Positions 7,553 to 17,786 of a DNA stretch of 63,219 nucleotides are shown piece by piece. The stretch spans positions 1 to 63,219 of the forward strand of contig JAKPPS010000052.1 of the NCBI GenBank assembly GCA_029547225.1, given 5' to 3'. The position numbers and the translations under genes are program-made. This stretch comes from a bacterium (GTDB taxonomy: Bacteria; Patescibacteriota; Dojkabacteria; SC72; WJKH01). The first letter of the stretch is position 1. Each line of letters begins with the position of its first letter. The notes beneath the pieces are model-generated. The model did no database searches. It had not been told where the DNA came from and saw nothing but the letters and a program-made list of their open reading frames with translations.

Positions 7553-9739
7553 ATGGACATAGACGCAATTGCAACATTAATTTCAGAAAAATTACCTTGG
7601 TTTGAATACAGAATAATGATAATCGCTTCGATTTTATTACTAATTATAACCCTCTGGATTTTATCAGCGATAAAAGTAAAAAATAGAAAGAAACTTTCTA
7701 TTTTCAAAATGGGGAAAACAAAGATTACCATATTTATTATTAATATAATATGTATTCTTTCTGCGATTGCAACTTTTCTCATCACGGCAAAATACAAAAT
7801 CCTCGATATCTATGAATGTTCTATTGTAGGAGTCTCAATATTGGGTCTCTTCACAGCTACTAATACAATTAATCTGATTTATTTGAAACCGAACAATTCT
7901 GCTACTGATAGTACAGAAACTATAGTTAGACATAAAATAATTCCGAAATGTATACCAATTGTTTTCTCAGTAATTGGAGGTCTGGTGATTGCTCTATTAG
8001 TTACCGTTACACTTTTTGCTCGACCATATCTAGTAAGTACAACACCGTGGTGGTTCTCAACAATGAAAAGTACTGATGAAAAAATAGAAGTAAGGTTAGA
8101 TATACCTGTGAAGATTTCAAAAACAACGATTAAAATTTCCCCCGATCAACAAGGTACTTGGGAATGCTCTCAAAGAATATTAGGTTCTGATTATTGTACA
8201 AAATTTCGGTACAATTATGACTCAACATTTTGGCCAGATACTAAAGTTGTCGTTTATGCATCAGGTTTAACAAGAATACTAAACAATGGTCCTGTTCACG
8301 AACAAGCATGGGAATTTCATACACCAAAAACTGCAAACATTGTTTCAATTTCCCCTGCTATAGATGCAGACAATATACCAATTAGTAAACCAATTATTAT
8401 TAATTTCGATAATTCTGTGGGCGATTTTCTTGAATGGAAACTTGTTTCACAACCTGAAGTACCTTATGAAATTTTGTATCCAGAAGACAATGCAATGATG
8501 ATAAACTTCACTCAACCTCTAGAACAGGATCGGGATTATAATTTCGATCTATATCGTAACAGCAGAACATACAAGATTTCAGATAAAACTACAAAGGAAT
8601 TAGGAGAAACTGTTCAATTGCCTAGCATAAGATTTAGAACTGTCCGTACTCCAGGCATAGATAGTTACGAACCACAAGGCGACATGGTACGAGCTGAAAG
8701 CATCATAAAAGTGACATTCAAAGAAGATATGAATCTAAGTGATGTTGAGCGTAAATTTTCTATTACGCCCGAGACACAAGGTACAATAAGTTGGGAATCA
8801 GATAGAATTTTTGTATTTACTCCACAAAATCCTCTTAACAAAGATACCGAATATTCAATTAATTTCGGCAAAGGCTTACTAAGCAAATTCGGAGGAGAAA
8901 CAAAAGATCCAATTAATCTTAAATTCCGCACTATTGGAAAAGTAACAGTAATAGGGACTTACCCTATTTCCGGATATTATGGTATCGAACCTACTTCTAC
9001 CAACTTGGTTATAACCTTTAACCAAGAAGTAGATCATGAATCAGCCCAACAGCATTTTAGTATGTCACCAGATGTCGGCGGTTGGTTTTCATGGGATGGA
9101 AACAGTATGATATACAATGTATCAGGTAAACTTGGTTATTCAACACAGTATAATTACTCAGTTTCTCCAGGTGTCAAAACAATTTATGGTCTAGATTCTG
9201 ACCAACAATACAATGGATATTTTACAACTAGAGATTATGTGTTTTTATTAGGAGTTCCATATTATGGACAAGCAGGCACATTTAACTGTAATGTTGCCGC
9301 TGCACAAATGGCCCTCTCATATCGTGGAATATATGTTGATCAAGAATCAATAAAAGCAGGTATCGGATATGGATCTAATCCAGATTACAATTGGGTAGAA
9401 TCGTACGGTACAAATATTGGTCCTTTGAATGGATATATAAATAATTATCGTGGGACTGGCGTATTTTATGGCACAGATCTGGGACGAGTTTTAGATGAAG
9501 TTTCAAATGGAAATCCAGTAGTGTTCTGGAGATATAATGGACTAACAAGAAACTACGGATGGGACGGGAACTTTTTTAGGGGACAACATTCAGGAGTCGT
9601 AGTAGGATATGTTGGACCTAAATCATATCCATACCAGGTTATCATACATGATCCTTGGTATGGTGCGAATATCTATATGGATACAGGAACTTTCGTCGGA
9701 TATTGGAGTTACATCGGTTGGGCAGTTGCAGTTTATTAA
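7553..9739 (+). CDS. Multi-pass membrane protein with Ig-like domains and a C-terminal C39-like (papain-fold) peptidase domain
   Basis: N-terminal TM helices. Repeated SbsA/Big-like segments (FSITPETQGTISW, FSMSPDVGGWFSW). C-terminal VPYYGQAGTFNCNVAAAQMALSYRG ... GQHSGVVVGY ... IIHDPW fits a Cys/His peptidase_C39-like domain. Confidence 0.6.
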   Translation: MDIDAIATLISEKLPWFEYRIMIIASILLLIITLWILSAIKVKNRKKLSIFKMGKTKITIFIINIICILSAIATFLITAKYKILDIYECSIVGVSILGLFTATNTINLIYLKPNNSATDSTETIVRHKIIPKCIPIVFSVIGGLVIALLVTVTLFARPYLVSTTPWWFSTMKSTDEKIEVRLDIPVKISKTTIKISPDQQGTWECSQRILGSDYCTKFRYNYDSTFWPDTKVVVYASGLTRILNNGPVHEQAWEFHTPKTANIVSISPAIDADNIPISKPIIINFDNSVGDFLEWKLVSQPEVPYEILYPEDNAMMINFTQPLEQDRDYNFDLYRNSRTYKISDKTTKELGETVQLPSIRFRTVRTPGIDSYEPQGDMVRAESIIKVTFKEDMNLSDVERKFSITPETQGTISWESDRIFVFTPQNPLNKDTEYSINFGKGLLSKFGGETKDPINLKFRTIGKVTVIGTYPISGYYGIEPTSTNLVITFNQEVDHESAQQHFSMSPDVGGWFSWDGNSMIYNVSGKLGYSTQYNYSVSPGVKTIYGLDSDQQYNGYFTTRDYVFLLGVPYYGQAGTFNCNVAAAQMALSYRGIYVDQESIKAGIGYGSNPDYNWVESYGTNIGPLNGYINNYRGTGVFYGTDLGRVLDEVSNGNPVVFWRYNGLTRNYGWDGNFFRGQHSGVVVGYVGPKSYPYQVIIHDPWYGANIYMDTGTFVGYWSYIGWAVAVY

Positions 9740-9997
9740 TATTTAATACTTGCATCCGGAAAGAGCTCTAGATTTTATATAGAAATTTCTTCCCTTTTAT
9801 ATATCCAACCGTATTACATTAAATTTTCCGTCACCATTACAATCCATGCTCCGTGCTATAGAAAATACCCGATGCACCCTCTCTAAAAATCTACGAAAAA
9901 GGCACTATCTACGTGTCGAAGGTAATAAATCAAAATAGGATTGGGTAGTCATGGTCAGATAATTTGGGAACGCAATCTGGTTGGTGGCATACAAAAA

Positions 9998-11440
9998 TTA
10001 TGACTCTCGCTCCTCTTTTTTCATTTGAGGAAACATCGTCGTCATCCTAATTGGCATATCCATCATATAAGAAAATAATCTTTCACTTACTCCAAATCCA
10101 GTGACTGGAGGCATACCATATTCAAGCATTTCGATAAAATCATAATCAAGCATTTGTGCCTCATCATCACCACTATCTCGCATTTTCTGTTGCTCGAGAA
10201 ACCTATTTAACTGGTCTTCAGGATCGTTCAGCTCGCTATATCCATTACCCATTTCACTTCCTGCAATAAGTATCTGGTATCGTTCTGTTATTTCTGGATT
10301 ATCTGATTTACTTTTAGCTAATGGCGAAACAAATTTCGGTTGGTTTATAAGGAAAGCCGGACCCACAATATCTTTACGTATCTGTTTAAAAAGCAGATCA
10401 ACCAATCTATGTTTTGTACGACTCGGATCGAATTTAACATGTAATGAATCAAGTTTATTTTTAACATCGTCATGAGAAGCTGTTAGTACATCGATATCAA
10501 AATGTTTCTTGATAACACCTACATAATCAATTTTCTCCCAGTCTTTTGCGAGATCAAATGTCATGCCATTACGGACAAATTCTGTTTTGCCAAATACTTC
10601 TTTTGCGATATATCTATACATTTCTTGAACAAATGGCATCGCTGTTTCATAATTTTCATAAGCCCAATAGAACTCCATCATGTCATAATCCTGCAAATGT
10701 TCATCGTCTATTCCTTCATTTCTAAAGACTGGACCTATTTCGAAGACTTTATCAAATCCAGCACCTATGGCTTTCTTGAGTGGTAATTCCAAAGATATCC
10801 TCAGGTAAAATTTTGTATCTAGCGCTTTATGATATGTTTCAAATGGGTTTGCATCCGCTCCACCTGTTGTGTGTTCCAATACTGGAGTACGTACTTCAAC
10901 GAAATCGTTCCTTAACATATAATCACGCATTGCACGCCAGAAATTTCCCTTTTTTACAAAGATATCTCTCACTTCCGGATTCATTGTCATATCAAGATAT
11001 CTTTTTCTCAATCGAACCTCAACATCTTGAATACCTGACCATTTTTCTGGCAAAGGTCTCAATGATTTTGATACTATCGTGAGCTCTTTAACTTCAACCG
11101 AAATCTCACCTGTCCTAGTTTTAATCACAATACCTGTTGCAGAAACAAAATCACCGATATCAACCAATTTAAGATCAAAATTCGTTATATCGGCAACTCT
11201 AATAAATAATTGGACTCTGCCGGAGAAATCAATCAAAGATGCAAAGATCAGTTTTCCAATATCTCGCCATGCTAAAATTCGTCCCGCTACTGTAACCTCT
11301 TTACCTTCAAACTGATCATATTTTTCGGAAATGTCTTTGCAGTAAGCAGTACGTTTAGCCTTGGAAGGATATGGACTGATACCAGATGCTCTTAATTGAT
11401 CGATTTTTTGCCTTCTTTCAGCAACGATTGTCTCTAACAT
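9998..11440 (-). CDS. lysS: Lysine--tRNA ligase (class II)
   Basis: OB-fold N-terminus. Class II motifs include FRNEGIDDEHLQDYDMMEFYWAY and GNGYSELNDP. Confidence 0.95.
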   Translation of the reverse strand: MLETIVAERRQKIDQLRASGISPYPSKAKRTAYCKDISEKYDQFEGKEVTVAGRILAWRDIGKLIFASLIDFSGRVQLFIRVADITNFDLKLVDIGDFVSATGIVIKTRTGEISVEVKELTIVSKSLRPLPEKWSGIQDVEVRLRKRYLDMTMNPEVRDIFVKKGNFWRAMRDYMLRNDFVEVRTPVLEHTTGGADANPFETYHKALDTKFYLRISLELPLKKAIGAGFDKVFEIGPVFRNEGIDDEHLQDYDMMEFYWAYENYETAMPFVQEMYRYIAKEVFGKTEFVRNGMTFDLAKDWEKIDYVGVIKKHFDIDVLTASHDDVKNKLDSLHVKFDPSRTKHRLVDLLFKQIRKDIVGPAFLINQPKFVSPLAKSKSDNPEITERYQILIAGSEMGNGYSELNDPEDQLNRFLEQQKMRDSGDDEAQMLDYDFIEMLEYGMPPVTGFGVSERLFSYMMDMPIRMTTMFPQMKKEERES

Positions 11441-11524
11441 ATTTTTACTACTTACTTTAAATATCGCTAATTGAGTATTAGCATAATCCCGATATTATGA
11501 TATTATATCGTATATTACTATAAA

Positions 11525-12757
11525 TTGTATAGATTAGCTATGAGAGATTCAAAAATAATCAGGTTTATTGTAGGAATTTTAATTTTGTTATTAATCATCG
11601 TCTACCCTATCGGTAAAATACTTACCGATCCAGTAAAAGTTAATTCGATACTTGATAAAGTCAATTTCGAGAAGAAATTTATTACTATATTTACAGAAAT
11701 TTCAGTAAAGCAACTTTCGTCTAGTACAGGACAAGATACAGATGAGATATCGGAAAGCATATCAAAAGATATTATTTCTGAGGAGGAGTTAAAGCTTCAA
11801 AGAGTTACAAATGTCGAGAATTTCTATAATTACATATCTTTAAATAAAGTTCCAATTATCAAGTTTGAGATACAAAATCCTGTTTCTGCTTTAAAAGATA
11901 AATTCACCGATACTGCAAGTGGAATTGTCGAAGATGTTAAAAATTTTGAGATTTGTTCAGAAGATTCAGAAAACTGGTTTTGCAACATTTACAATAACGT
12001 TTCTGAGAAAATATTTTCAGGAGACAGTGCAGAAGAAAATAATGAGATATCCATAAATCCAGATGAGATAATCGATACTGCAGAGATTGAAGAAAATTTC
12101 CCCAACTATGAACTTGAAACAAGTCTCGGTATTAACGAAAACAATATTAATCAGATAAATCAAATTTACAGAATATTGAGGTACGGTCCCGATATACTGC
12201 TTGCAATCATCGGAGTATTAGCTTTTATCGGATATATCACAACCTTTCCAAGTACAAAATATTCATTTGGGCTATTTATCGATGTCATCAAAGCCGATGT
12301 ATTCGCATTGATTATATGGATACTTTTGCCATTAGGGATTAAAGTATTTTCTCCATTTAAAATTGAAACTGGCGACACTTCACTGACTCCATACATCAAC
12401 GATGCCTTGGGAAGTATTTTCTTTGAGGTTGCTAAAGTTGCACTAATTGTTCCTGTTATTCTTACTGCAATTACCCTATTCATCTGGTTTATCACTGCTC
12501 AGGTTAGTAGATCTAGGAAAATTGAAGATCAGAGCAAAAAACAAAGTGAAAACCGCAAGGAAGTCGAGTACGAAGAGGATGAAGAGGATGAAGACGATAA
12601 TGATGATGTAGAAAGTGAAGATACTGAAACTGATCCAGAAGTAATTACTAAGCAAGAAATTTCAAAAGCAGATAATCAGCTTGACACAATTATTAGTGAA
12701 AAAGATAACTCTGCAATTGATGATCAGGAGAACGGTGAAATAGAAGAACAAGAATAA
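11525..12757 (+). CDS. Hypothetical membrane protein with strongly acidic C-terminal tail
   Basis: One N-terminal and four or so central TM helices. Tail is EYEEDEEDEDDNDDVESEDTETD. TTG start in the track, with an alternative ATG at 11540. Confidence 0.55.
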   Translation: MYRLAMRDSKIIRFIVGILILLLIIVYPIGKILTDPVKVNSILDKVNFEKKFITIFTEISVKQLSSSTGQDTDEISESISKDIISEEELKLQRVTNVENFYNYISLNKVPIIKFEIQNPVSALKDKFTDTASGIVEDVKNFEICSEDSENWFCNIYNNVSEKIFSGDSAEENNEISINPDEIIDTAEIEENFPNYELETSLGINENNINQINQIYRILRYGPDILLAIIGVLAFIGYITTFPSTKYSFGLFIDVIKADVFALIIWILLPLGIKVFSPFKIETGDTSLTPYINDALGSIFFEVAKVALIVPVILTAITLFIWFITAQVSRSRKIEDQSKKQSENRKEVEYEEDEEDEDDNDDVESEDTETDPEVITKQEISKADNQLDTIISEKDNSAIDDQENGEIEEQE

Positions 12758-12790
12758 TAAATAAATTCTAAATGAATCAATAAAAAATTT

Positions 12791-14104
12791 ATGGAAAATA
12801 AACAGGATGTACTAGATAAAATAGTAGCTTTAGCAAAACGTAGAGGTATTTTTTACCAGAACTCAGAGATATATGGAGGTATTGGAGGTTTCTTTGATTT
12901 CGGACCAGTCGGAGTTGAGATGAAGAATAATCTTAAAAAATACTGGTGGCATTTTATGGTAGAAAAGCGAGAAAATGTTGTTGGTATAGATGGTTCTATC
13001 ATAAGTCACCCAACAGTTTGGGAAGCATCAGGTCATGTTAAAAGTTTTGGTGACGAAATGGTCGAATGTAAAAAATGCCATAAAAGATTCAGACTTGATA
13101 AGATTGATAATGCAAATAAGTGTCCAGAATGCGACGGAGAATTTACTACTCCTCGAAAATATAATCTGCTTTTTAATACTGAAATCGGTGTTGTGGAAGG
13201 TGAAAAACTTCCTGCATATCTTAGAGGAGAAGCTTGTCAAAATATCTATCTTGATTTTAAAAATGTTGTTGATTCAACTAGAATGCAGATTCCTTTTGGT
13301 ATTGCCCAGATCGGTAAAGCGTTTCGCAACGAAATAACTCCTGGAAAAGCACTTTACAGAACCAGAGAATTTGAGCAATGGGATCTACAATTCTTCGTGC
13401 GTCCTGAGGAAATGGAGAAATGGTTTGAATACTGGAAAAATGAGCGTGAGACTTTTTATAAATCACTGTATCGCAAACCAGAAAATCTAAGATTTAGAGA
13501 ACATGAGCAAGATGAATTAGTCTTCTACGCAAAAAAAGCATTTGATATTGAGTACAATACTCCATGGGGTTGGGATGAGAATGAAGGAATACATTGGAGA
13601 GCAGACTATGATTTAACCCAGCACAGCAAGTTTTCAGGTCAAGATTTATCATATAGAGATCCTCAAACAAATGAAAAATTCACACCTTGGATTGTTGAAA
13701 CTTCAGGAGGAGTTGATAGAACTTTCTTGTTCTTACTTTTTGATTCATACGAAGAAGAATTATTAGATAATGGTGAAATCAGAACCGTTTTGAAAATAAA
13801 TCCTAAAATCTCAGCTTACAAAGCTGCCATATTCCCGCTAGTTGCAAATAAACTTGAAATAAGTGGAAAAGCAAGAGAAGTATTTGAGAAATTAGTTGAT
13901 ACTCACCGGGTTGTTTGGGATGATCGTGGTAACATAGGAAAGAGATATCGTTACCAAGATGAAATAGGTACGCCGTACTGTATCACAATTGATTATCAGA
14001 CCCTTGAGGATAATACCGTTACAATAAGGGATAGAGACACTATGGAACAAATTCGTTTAAATATTGAGGAAATAGAAGACTTTCTTTCAGATAAGCTCAA
14101 GTAG
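12791..14104 (+). CDS. glyQS: Glycine--tRNA ligase (alpha2 dimeric type)
   Basis: RGIFYQNSEIYGG, the zinc-ribbon-like CKKCHKRFR...CPECDG insert, and GIAQIGKAFRNEITP are typical of GlyQS. Confidence 0.93.
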   Translation: MENKQDVLDKIVALAKRRGIFYQNSEIYGGIGGFFDFGPVGVEMKNNLKKYWWHFMVEKRENVVGIDGSIISHPTVWEASGHVKSFGDEMVECKKCHKRFRLDKIDNANKCPECDGEFTTPRKYNLLFNTEIGVVEGEKLPAYLRGEACQNIYLDFKNVVDSTRMQIPFGIAQIGKAFRNEITPGKALYRTREFEQWDLQFFVRPEEMEKWFEYWKNERETFYKSLYRKPENLRFREHEQDELVFYAKKAFDIEYNTPWGWDENEGIHWRADYDLTQHSKFSGQDLSYRDPQTNEKFTPWIVETSGGVDRTFLFLLFDSYEEELLDNGEIRTVLKINPKISAYKAAIFPLVANKLEISGKAREVFEKLVDTHRVVWDDRGNIGKRYRYQDEIGTPYCITIDYQTLEDNTVTIRDRDTMEQIRLNIEEIEDFLSDKLK

Positions 14105-14271
14105 TCTGTTTTTACTAAACAGTTGAAATCAATAACATCAGAAATCAATTCCGCCATATATTCGCTATAATATCAGCATTTATTTAAGTATTATTAAGCA
14201 AAAGCTTGTAAGAATAGGATTCTTTTTGCAGAAATCAGAGAAATAATTATTTTAGTACTTTGCTCTTCAAT

Positions 14272-14301
14272 AAAAAAAAGGCCACTCATTTCTGAGTGAC
14301 C
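14272..14301 (-). terminator. Rho-independent terminator downstream of 14330..15340 (possibly bidirectional)
   Basis: The stem ggccactca/tgagtgacc (one mismatch) is followed on the minus strand by a run of 8 T. Confidence 0.6.
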
Positions 14302-14329
14302 TTTCAATTCCTTTAATTAGTTTAGCTTA

Positions 14330-15340
14330 TTATTGATTTAAGCTTTGATTACTCTTTTTCTTACGAGTAAACATCACTATACCAACAATAATACCTATTA
14401 ATGCTAATACTCCTGCACCAATAAGAAAGTAATCACCAACTTCTAAACCATTTTTACTAGTTTCTGTACCTAAAACCTCACCATCCTTATCATCAGCTTT
14501 TACCGAAGTTGCGATAATTTTATTATTTTTCTGATCTTTATTATCAGTCTTTTGGGCATCTGATTTATCTTCAACAGGTGTTGTTGAACCACCATCCTTT
14601 GATTCTACTGGAGGATTAACAGGTGGATTGACAATATCATCATCACCATCATCTACTGGTGGGATTACGACAGCAGGATTGACCGTAATAGTAACTGAGC
14701 CCGATGCAGAATCTCCATCAATATCTGTAATCGTTACAGTATATGTTGTGGTTTTTGTCGGATAGACTTCAATATTATCTGATGTGCTTCCATTTGACCA
14801 CATGTATGTAAATGGAGGATTACCACTAAATGTTTGTACCGATATATTAGATTTTTCACCAGCAGTTATTGTTAATGGGTTAGCATACATAGCTATATCT
14901 GGAACGAAATTAAGAATAGAATACAATGAATGCCTTGAAATGACATCATTATAGCTAATCCAAAATGAGCATTCTCTCGTAGAATCAACTTTAGGTAATT
15001 CCCAATTCGTATAACCGGAAAATGGAGCATTAGCAACACCTGCACTATCTCTGACTAATTTCATAGGGATTTTTCCGACACAAGAATCGTTTATAGTTAC
15101 TTCAATAACATCCCCTTTTAATTCTGGATCATTATATGTAGCTGATACTCCCTGTTTCCAGAACTCAAAATTACTTCGAAACTCTAATTCATAATTTAAT
15201 TGTTTTTGAACTGGGATAATCTTTCCGAATTCATTTATCGAACTACCATTAAAAGCATTTACAGATCCAACTCCAAGAGTTGTAACCAATAATGCTGAGG
15301 CAGTGATAGAACTTATAACTTTACTAAATGTATTTTTCAT
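14330..15340 (-). CDS. Secreted surface protein: signal peptide, Ig/PKD-like domain, Pro/Asp-rich stalk, C-terminal TM anchor
   Basis: Signal-like N-terminus ending SVNAF. PFTYMWSNGSTSDNIEVYPTKTTTYTVTITDIDGDSASGSVTITVNP is Ig/PKD-like. PPVDDGDDDIVNPPVNPPV forms a linker. C-terminal helix plus RKKK. Confidence 0.6.
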   Translation of the reverse strand: MKNTFSKVISSITASALLVTTLGVGSVNAFNGSSINEFGKIIPVQKQLNYELEFRSNFEFWKQGVSATYNDPELKGDVIEVTINDSCVGKIPMKLVRDSAGVANAPFSGYTNWELPKVDSTRECSFWISYNDVISRHSLYSILNFVPDIAMYANPLTITAGEKSNISVQTFSGNPPFTYMWSNGSTSDNIEVYPTKTTTYTVTITDIDGDSASGSVTITVNPAVVIPPVDDGDDDIVNPPVNPPVESKDGGSTTPVEDKSDAQKTDNKDQKNNKIIATSVKADDKDGEVLGTETSKNGLEVGDYFLIGAGVLALIGIIVGIVMFTRKKKSNQSLNQ

Positions 15341-15702
15341 TTATTTATAGTAATAATTTAATTTAGCATATTTCATATTATACAACGTACCCTATAGTCT
15401 GTCAATGTGGTGCCTAATACAATATACTTTATTAATAAATAATATTATTTCTTATTTATCTTTCTTACATGTATATACGATTATTATTATAAAAAGTAAC
15501 AAATTTCTTTAATTAATTTTTCTTTATTTATTTCTTTAATAAAAGGAGTAAAACGATTATCTTGCCATACAAATGTTTTTGGAGAGTCGTTCGGAGAATT
15601 ACTTTTTTGAAGTCACGAATTACTGATGTATGCAGCGATATTAGATCTTGCTAAACTAATGTTTAAACATTAATTACTGTGTATATTACATAATTACTGA
15701 AG

Positions 15703-17031
15703 CTATTTTTTAAAGAGTTTGGATATCAGATCAAAGGAACCATATCTTTTGAAAAGGGCGTCAACATCTTGGTATGAACCCTCTGCGAATATTGTCAAGA
15801 CAAGGTTTATTAATTTATCAAGTTTTATCATGTTATCCATCTTTACATGTAATACATTCTCCTTAACGGTAAAAATACCCTTCTCATACCCATAATTAAA
15901 GATAATAGCAAAACCTTTCGCATATTCCATAATTGACATATTGTCGTGACGCCTATTAATCGCATCAATACCGTAGAGAATAAACGCAATTTTTATATCA
16001 TTAAAATCCTGTACAGTAAATAAGCCATTGATAACATAATACCTTGCTGATTTTATACCCATAAGGAAGGCATTGAGCTCACGCATACTATCATTATAAC
16101 CAAGCATCCTCTCATTAATTTTCTTAAATTTCAATAATGCCTCAGATATCTCATGAAGTGATACCATACGCAAATATGCAGTATTCATCCTATCCTCTGG
16201 GATATCAACAAGCTTTTGCGGAAGATACCTTTTAACAGGTTTCAAAATGGTGTCCGTCTTGTTGATCATCGAATTTTGGTAAAAAACAATCTTGGTTCCA
16301 TACTCTTTGACCATATCCGCATCATCGGGTAAGTTTGTACTTGACGGAGTACTACCAGCCTGTCTACCTGCGAAAGTGATTACATCTACAACGCTAACCT
16401 TTATTTTTTCCTTAGAAATATTTGAGGTTTCTATAGATAATGGTTTTAATATGATACCACTTTTGGCTATGTCAGCCATGTTCTGAACTTCTTTTGTCAA
16501 ATCAGGTCTGATTACCCGTAAATTATACTGAAAAGACCTTTTAACACCAAACATGGTGTCTTGATAAGAAGAAATCGGCCCGAGGAGCAGTGAGATCGGA
16601 CCATCTTCCGTTTTAACATAATCTACAATTACACTATCAAAATCGCCTTCATCAAAATCTTTAGCTAAATCTTTAAGATGTTTAGAAAAAACATTGTCTT
16701 CAGATAATTCACTAGCTTTAAGCAACAAAGCTATAATTTCTTCTATCTCTTCTTTATACTCTTCACGATATGAAACAGAAACCAAACCACCCGGTTCTTT
16801 TTTGACAACTGTATAATGAGATAATATGTCAGGATCGCTTATAGAAGCTTGCTCAATCTCTTGAGCTGTTACGCCATTAGGGTAAAAGAGAGAGAGTTTT
16901 TTTTCTTCATCAACTTGTTTGAGCCATATCCTATGAACCCAAGGAGCTATTTCCAGTAATATTTTTACAACTTCCTTTTGATTATTATTTAGAATATTCA
17001 GATCTACATCAAAATATTTTGGCTCTGACAT
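15703..17031 (-). CDS. Hypothetical cytoplasmic protein
   Basis: 442-aa ORF without TM segments. No confident family (the HEISE motif is not a canonical metal site). Confidence 0.5.
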   Translation of the reverse strand: MSEPKYFDVDLNILNNNQKEVVKILLEIAPWVHRIWLKQVDEEKKLSLFYPNGVTAQEIEQASISDPDILSHYTVVKKEPGGLVSVSYREEYKEEIEEIIALLLKASELSEDNVFSKHLKDLAKDFDEGDFDSVIVDYVKTEDGPISLLLGPISSYQDTMFGVKRSFQYNLRVIRPDLTKEVQNMADIAKSGIILKPLSIETSNISKEKIKVSVVDVITFAGRQAGSTPSSTNLPDDADMVKEYGTKIVFYQNSMINKTDTILKPVKRYLPQKLVDIPEDRMNTAYLRMVSLHEISEALLKFKKINERMLGYNDSMRELNAFLMGIKSARYYVINGLFTVQDFNDIKIAFILYGIDAINRRHDNMSIMEYAKGFAIIFNYGYEKGIFTVKENVLHVKMDNMIKLDKLINLVLTIFAEGSYQDVDALFKRYGSFDLISKLFKK

Positions 17032-17076
17032 AATTGAATGAACTGTATTATAAATTATCTAATAGTTTAGTTCTAT

Positions 17077-17541
17077 CTATTTTATTTCTAAGACTCTAAA
17101 TTTCTTAGTTATACCACCAAGATTCACTTCTACTTTATCTCCAACAAATCTTCCAAGCAAGGCCTTACCTACTGGAGATTCACACGAAATTTTCTTCTCT
17201 AAAGGCTCTGCTTCGACAGGATCGACAATTTCATATGTTTCTTCAAATCCTTCAAATCCAACTCGAACAAAAGAACCTATTTCTACACCAGGGAAATTGG
17301 GATCATCATGGATAATTTCATGGTTTTTTAAGATATCTTCAATTTCAGCTACTCTCTTTTCTAGATAAAACTTATCATCCGAGACCTCAGCAAAAGGATC
17401 ATCTAGCTCTTCGACCGTTTGTGTTTGCAATGACTTGAATCTCTCTGAGATGTCTTTACGACCTTCAGTAACAAGCTTGTGTAGCTCAGCTTGGAGTTCT
17501 TCCAATTTCTGGGCAGAAATCAGATACTTTGCCCTCGACAT
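17077..17541 (-). CDS. Gre-factor paralog (GreA/GreB family) with a non-canonical coiled-coil tip
   Basis: The C-terminal domain is GreA-like (VEIGSFVRV..YEIV..EAEP..KKISCESPVGKALLG..GDKVEV). The canonical GDLSENAEY tip is replaced by EELDDPFAEVSDDKFY. Confidence 0.8.
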   Translation of the reverse strand: MSRAKYLISAQKLEELQAELHKLVTEGRKDISERFKSLQTQTVEELDDPFAEVSDDKFYLEKRVAEIEDILKNHEIIHDDPNFPGVEIGSFVRVGFEGFEETYEIVDPVEAEPLEKKISCESPVGKALLGRFVGDKVEVNLGGITKKFRVLEIK

Positions 17542-17786
17542 TAGTGTTTTAGACTTAATTAAATTAAAATATTATAGCACTTTTACAAATAGTGTAATAG
17601 TGTTAGAAAACGCTATTGGATATGCATAAATTGAGCTTGAGAATATTCGTTGTTCGAGAAATATTAATAGAATTTAATTATTTAGGAGGCTCATTACCAT
17701 ATTATGGGACAAGTGCTGAGTTTATGTTTCCTAAAACAGATTTTCAGTAGTCGGTTTCGATGATATTAGGAATCTTGTAAAGGTTC

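Noticed and set aside
14330-14460. LPXTG sortase sorting signal at the C-terminus of 14330..15340
   Set aside because: A hydrophobic helix plus basic tail is present, but no LPXTG-like pentapeptide precedes it.
15703-17031. M49/DPP-III-like or other zinc hydrolase assignment for the 442-aa protein
   Set aside because: Only an HEISE motif is present, with no HExxGH/EExxA pair. This is too weak to call.
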